20,000 nt of DNA from an uncultured virus (IMG/VR IMGVR_UViG_3300001919_000065) (taxonomy: Duplodnaviria > Heunggongvirae > Uroviricota > Caudoviricetes): the IMG/VR virus record IMGVR_UViG_3300001919_000065. One strand, given 5' to 3'. A program made the translations under genes and the position numbers. The notes under the pieces were generated by a model. It made no database searches. It had not been told where the DNA came from and saw only the letters and a program-made list of their open reading frames with translations. Positions 16,046 to 20,000 of this stretch are shown in pieces. The number at the start of each line of letters is the position of its first letter. The stretch's first letter is position 1.

Positions 16046-18928
16046 TTAGAAGAAATTTTTCTCGTCTTCCGCAAGTACCTTAATATGTTCATATTGTGAA
16101 AATACTCGCGCCTTCGTTTCTGCGCTTGCTTCCTTCAACCAAAGGTCAAGCGGCATGAAGAAGAAGCATTTCGATTGCCCGGCGGCATCCCTCCGTGTAA
16201 CGTTATGTTTCTTCATAGAATCTGCACCATAGACGGCAATGAGGTCTCGTTTGAAGTTGGGCGCGTCCCATCGTTCAACCTTAGTTCCGTCACCATGATT
16301 ACCACGAACATATTTGAGGATGTTCTCCATAGAGGTAAAGCCGCCCGGTATCTGTTTGGAGAGTCTCTCACCCTTCTTATCTGTGTCCTTGAGGGCCACA
16401 GGGACGAGGTACTTCGTCAGGTCAGTATCATTGCCTCGGCAACTGGCATACTGTTCCGCGAGAGCCGCTCCAACTTTTTCCAGATTAGCCCATTTGTATT
16501 CGCCATCTTCGTGGGCATCTACCATGTATTTAATCTGTGCCCAGAGTTGCTGGTTGTCCTGTTCGAAAAGCTTCTCCACCGCCCAGCTGTTGGGACTAAA
16601 CCCCGGAGGAAGTCCATCCTTCGGTACGGTACGTTCTCCCAAGATGAGGGGGTAATAGCGTCGGGAACCCGTGGTATCTCTCAATACCTGTTCTTGGTTC
16701 GTACTCCCAATGATACTTGCGCAGTACTCGAAGGTCCCGGTGGTGCGGCTAAACGCAACACGGCAACTGTCAGCCTCCCCGGTAATGATTCGCTTCAACT
16801 TACTCTCCTTCACCTTGTTAGAGACTTCTTCGTCAATCTCGTCCAAGATGATAGCAGAGTGCCGGGCCATCTGAACAACACTGTCCGCATTGTTGAGACC
16901 TTCGATGGAGCTAGCGACATCTCCCCGGATTCCACGGAACAACCAGTCCGTGGCTTTCGTTTTACCCAGCCCCTGCGAACCCATGAGCATGGGGATGTAG
17001 TTCTGGGGGAAGGAGGATGAGGTACTGGTATTGGTAATAACGCTTAAACGCCGGGTCACGCGCTTCCACAAAGTGATGAGCCATGTTGTAAGCACCATGT
17101 CCCGGTACTTATCCGGGGTCCAGCCTTCGGGCATGTCTACATCCTGATTCATGGGGAGGAAGTCCAAGAAGATACGTAGGCGGTCCTGCCCATCCCAAGG
17201 ACGGGAACTGACGAACGTAGCCAGCGGGTGGTAGTAGTTGGTCTGGCTAATGCTCGCCAGCGCGTCCTGCAACCGCTGGGTGGGAATGGCCTGACCGGGA
17301 ACTACCAACTGCCAGAAGCTTGAAATCTTGCTCAAGATGGAGTTACTGACCTCGTACCACCTACTATTCTTAAAGTCCAAGAGCAGGAGGTCATTTGTAT
17401 TCATGCGACGAAAAACCCGGAGGTTTAGGCCATGATGGAGCAGGTACTTGATGTTCTCGTCCGTCAGGATGGGTATGCTCTTGCCCGCCTTGTTCTTTCG
17501 GACATAGGGGAACTTGAGGGAGCAGAGCTTCAATCGGCTGACCTCCGGGATGGCCGCGTTCATGTTGCTTGGCGCAATCCCCTGCATGAAGCACTTCATC
17601 AGGAGCGGGTCCTGACACCACGGCTCGGCTCCTGCCTTCCTCTCGGCTTCCGCATCCAACTCCGTCAGATACATATCGAAGAGCCATTGCACGGACATAA
17701 TCTCCGGGTTCGCGCCCTTGCAACTGTCATGGAAGCAGTTAAAGTAGGACTGCCGGGGGTACTGGGGATTAGGGTAGAAGCGAAGGTCCGTGTTCTGGCT
17801 ATTGCCCGACTTGCCTCCCTTGCACTGTGGGCACTCACCATAGAGGCATCCGTCTCCCTTAATATAGTCCATGTGGGAGAGACCTTCGGCGGTATCGTAA
17901 TATTCGTTCACCTTCAACCACGCAATGAAGTCCTCGAATATCTTGGGGCGAGGCGCACCGGGAGCGACGGATGGGAGTTCATAATTGACCACCCTGTTCT
18001 TGTCGTATTGAAGGTAATCCGCTTTCGCCTTCTCCATATCGGGTACATGGAATCGAGGGGTTCCGGGGGTTCCGGGGATGAGGGTATCTAGATAGAAGAA
18101 CTGCATCCGCGCGGGGTCGGTACAGGCCATGTCAAGGATGAACCCTGTCTGTTCATGGATGTATGCCGCAAGGGCATGGTACACCGCCTTATGCAGGTAG
18201 ACGCGCTCATTTGCCAATCGCTTCACGTCCAATTCCTCGTCTCCTTCATCCTCCACCACCTGCGGGTTCTGGTTCAGGTATTGGAGCGTAGAATTGGAGA
18301 TTTGGAAGAACGCCTTAATCCCGTGGTTGGGACTGACGTAGGCGAAGAGGAAACCATCCAGCTGGGGAAGCTTCTCCTGCGCCGTGGATAGAATGGAATC
18401 CGTGGTATGTTCCGGGTTCTCCTTGAGGTCCACGTCAATACCAAAGATACCCGTATGCCGCCACGACGTGCCATCCACGCTGACGAGGCTTCGGTTGGTA
18501 TAGTATCTTGCACCCTTACTGTCGAGGGCGTAGTCATATAATCCGGGTTTACTTAGGAACTGGACAGAAGGCACGATGGCAGGAAGCGCGGGCTTAATGT
18601 CCTTAGCTTCCAATCCATGCTCACGCCAGTTGGCAAGGATGCGCTTATAGACGGGAGGCATGGAGAGGGAGTTCTCGTCCAGCTTCCCCTGCATCACCTT
18701 GAAGAGTTGCACCTGATAATAGTACTGCATCAGTTCTTGGTTCTCAATCGGCATGCCCATGAGAAGGCGAAGGACCTCCGGCATGGCTATGGCGACGGCG
18801 CGGTTACAACTACCCCCGGTGGGGAGTTTCTTCATTCCCTCGGCCAGTTGCAACTGGCTGATGCGAGGGGCGGTAAAGGTCAGTTCAAGCTTCTGAACTG
18901 TCTCGTCGTTCAATAATTCAACAGTCAT
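16046..18928 (-). CDS. Primase-helicase: BT4734-like/VirE N-terminal domain, Cys/His cluster, VapE/VirE-type helicase
   Basis: 960 aa; GIDVD...YVSPNHGIK...D.AC.DPAR (BT4734-like); CPQC...CFHDSC; Walker A GSQGLGKT, Walker B IILDE, GSTN, LRDTTGSRRY. Confidence 0.85.
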   Translation of the reverse strand: MTVELLNDETVQKLELTFTAPRISQLQLAEGMKKLPTGGSCNRAVAIAMPEVLRLLMGMPIENQELMQYYYQVQLFKVMQGKLDENSLSMPPVYKRILANWREHGLEAKDIKPALPAIVPSVQFLSKPGLYDYALDSKGARYYTNRSLVSVDGTSWRHTGIFGIDVDLKENPEHTTDSILSTAQEKLPQLDGFLFAYVSPNHGIKAFFQISNSTLQYLNQNPQVVEDEGDEELDVKRLANERVYLHKAVYHALAAYIHEQTGFILDMACTDPARMQFFYLDTLIPGTPGTPRFHVPDMEKAKADYLQYDKNRVVNYELPSVAPGAPRPKIFEDFIAWLKVNEYYDTAEGLSHMDYIKGDGCLYGECPQCKGGKSGNSQNTDLRFYPNPQYPRQSYFNCFHDSCKGANPEIMSVQWLFDMYLTELDAEAERKAGAEPWCQDPLLMKCFMQGIAPSNMNAAIPEVSRLKLCSLKFPYVRKNKAGKSIPILTDENIKYLLHHGLNLRVFRRMNTNDLLLLDFKNSRWYEVSNSILSKISSFWQLVVPGQAIPTQRLQDALASISQTNYYHPLATFVSSRPWDGQDRLRIFLDFLPMNQDVDMPEGWTPDKYRDMVLTTWLITLWKRVTRRLSVITNTSTSSSFPQNYIPMLMGSQGLGKTKATDWLFRGIRGDVASSIEGLNNADSVVQMARHSAIILDEIDEEVSNKVKESKLKRIITGEADSCRVAFSRTTGTFEYCASIIGSTNQEQVLRDTTGSRRYYPLILGERTVPKDGLPPGFSPNSWAVEKLFEQDNQQLWAQIKYMVDAHEDGEYKWANLEKVGAALAEQYASCRGNDTDLTKYLVPVALKDTDKKGERLSKQIPGGFTSMENILKYVRGNHGDGTKVERWDAPNFKRDLIAVYGADSMKKHNVTRRDAAGQSKCFFFMPLDLWLKEASAETKARVFSQYEHIKVLAEDEKNFF

Positions 18929-19668
18929 TTGAGTGCGAATACTTTACGTTCTGGATTGATAATTTCCGGATTATATTTACTGGTGATTAGTGGATAGGGG
19001 ATATAGAGATTCAAATACTTGAGAGCAGTGTTTCGGCAGTTGCCGCAGGACTGGGCTAAGCGAAGATATTCTTGCTTCGATATACTGGCCCCATTCGCTC
19101 GCCCTAAAGCAGAAAGGATTAGAAACTGAACTTTGAGGGGAGTTCTCTTATATATGCTTTTAAGAGCCTGTGTATATTTTCCGAGTTCGTACTGTTCTTC
19201 CACGTAGTCCTTATGTTGCAACCAGTCTTCTCTCTCTGCAATCATCTCGTGAAACTTCGTTTCGAGAGTTTCTTTGGAATTAGATACGATATCCCATACT
19301 CCAACATGGTCGAAGTAGGAATAGACCTCTGCTTTAGGCCAGACGCTATCCTCTGCCACCTTATTGAAGGCACGCGCATGAAGCTTATCTATCTGTTCAT
19401 CGTTCAGGTTTCTTAGATAGGTAGTCGCCACAAAGGTTCTAATCGCCTCCCGGGTCGCCATAATTGGGAAGTGATAGAAGAAGTACAGTAGCTGTACGAG
19501 AGCCTCGTCAGGACCTTCCGTGAGGTATTCGGGCAAGCCCCACGATATTCGGAGGGGGATGTCCTGACCCCTGCGCCAGTCCATCTGGGGGATGTCGTAG
19601 ACGGCTTGATAGAAGTGTTCCCAGTGGAGAACACCCGGAATTTTTGGTGCAAATGATGTACTTGGCAT
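18925..19668 (-). CDS. Hypothetical protein, possible C-terminal winged-helix DNA-binding domain
   Basis: Start re-placed at 19668 (MPSTSFAPK) directly after a promoter; ATGA overlap with the primase start; C-terminal ILSAL...SISKQEYLRLAQSCGNCRNTALKYL is HTH-like. Confidence 0.65.
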   Translation of the reverse strand: MPSTSFAPKIPGVLHWEHFYQAVYDIPQMDWRRGQDIPLRISWGLPEYLTEGPDEALVQLLYFFYHFPIMATREAIRTFVATTYLRNLNDEQIDKLHARAFNKVAEDSVWPKAEVYSYFDHVGVWDIVSNSKETLETKFHEMIAEREDWLQHKDYVEEQYELGKYTQALKSIYKRTPLKVQFLILSALGRANGASISKQEYLRLAQSCGNCRNTALKYLNLYIPYPLITSKYNPEIINPERKVFALK

Positions 19669-19674
19669 GTCACG

Positions 19675-19703
19675 ATGATACATGGTTTGACACTGCTTGT
19701 CAA
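19675..19703 (-). promoter_or_regulatory. Sigma70-like promoter, probably leaderless, overlapped by a TTGACA-N5-TGTCAA inverted repeat
   Basis: TTGACA (19703-19698), 17 nt, TATCAT (19680-19675), 6 nt, ATG at 19668; inverted repeat at 19687-19703. Confidence 0.8.
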
Positions 19704-19733
19704 GGGAATTTCGACGCTTCGGATGCTTTGCTC

Positions 19734-19990
19734 CCACGGAATCCGTGGATTCTATGGTGTAACCTATTCTATGCCAGCGTGATGCGGAGAAGGACCAAGG
19801 GATTGAGGGGTTAGGTCCTTAAAGGTCCTTCTTCTTAATCGGTTGGTATTCAACGGATTGGTGGCTTTTGGCGGCCTTGGTTGCCTTGGATTCCGGGGGA
19901 GCAAAAGGACCGAGGTGGTCCTTTTCATAACTCATTGACTATCAACATGGAGAGGTTCCTTTTTTCTAAAAAGGACTAAGGACTAATAAT
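19734..19990. repeat. Non-coding cluster of AAGGAC(C/T) repeats and palindromes (candidate origin or genome-end region)
   Basis: AAGGAC(C/T) in either orientation starting at 19790, 19814, 19824, 19905, 19917, 19971 and 19978; palindromes CCACGGA-A-TCCGTGG (19734-19748) and AAAAGGACC-N5-GGTCCTTTT (19903-19925). Confidence 0.7.
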
Positions 19991-20000
19991 AAAAAAAATT

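Noticed and set aside
278..18916. Many long plus-strand ORFs (e.g. 2786-3499, 4027-4932, 6087-6854, 11477-12232, 16175-17020)
   Set aside because: They lie antisense to well-supported minus-strand genes, have no recognisable motifs or promoters, and are typical antisense shadows of codon bias.
19669..19737. ORF-track start at 19737
   Set aside because: The extension runs through a near-consensus promoter; the ATG at 19668 fits better.
19790..19990. AAGGAC repeats as a mini CRISPR array
   Set aside because: Repeats are only 7-9 bp, in both orientations and irregularly spaced.
1..20000. Possible avoidance of 6-mers such as CTGCAG, CTCGAG and GAGCTC
   Set aside because: Not noticed while reading, but expected counts are only about five each and my scan was not exhaustive; needs computation.
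1..20000. Alternative genetic code, introns/inteins, tRNAs or integrase
   Set aside because: Core genes are intact at normal lengths in the standard code, with no evident insertions, cloverleaf or recombinase motifs.

Overview
A 20 kb segment of a dsDNA tailed phage (Caudoviricetes, podovirus-like portal); no integrase or host genes are visible. All credible genes are on the minus strand. In transcription order (right to left) the window holds: a non-coding repeat/palindrome-rich end; a putative DNA-binding protein; a 960-aa primase-helicase (BT4734-like/VirE N-terminal domain, Cys/His cluster, VapE-type helicase); a coiled-coil protein; two small membrane proteins; a MazG/DUF550-like pyrophosphohydrolase coupled to a family A DNA polymerase; an SF2 helicase; a Cas4-like nuclease; a probable SSB; a RuvC-like resolvase; terminase large subunit; an HTH protein; three unknowns; portal; a small accessory protein; and a probable scaffold. 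Most notable observations: (1) apparent total absence, by manual scan, of GATC, CCWGG, GCWGC and CTCAG/CTGAG; (2) six sigma70-like promoters, three placed to give leaderless mRNAs, with no Shine-Dalgarno at the starts checked; (3) a DUF550-like enzyme coupled to a Pol A with non-canonical motif B; (4) an iteron-like AAGGAC array next to the replication genes. Family calls come from recognising motifs by eye, not from database searches.
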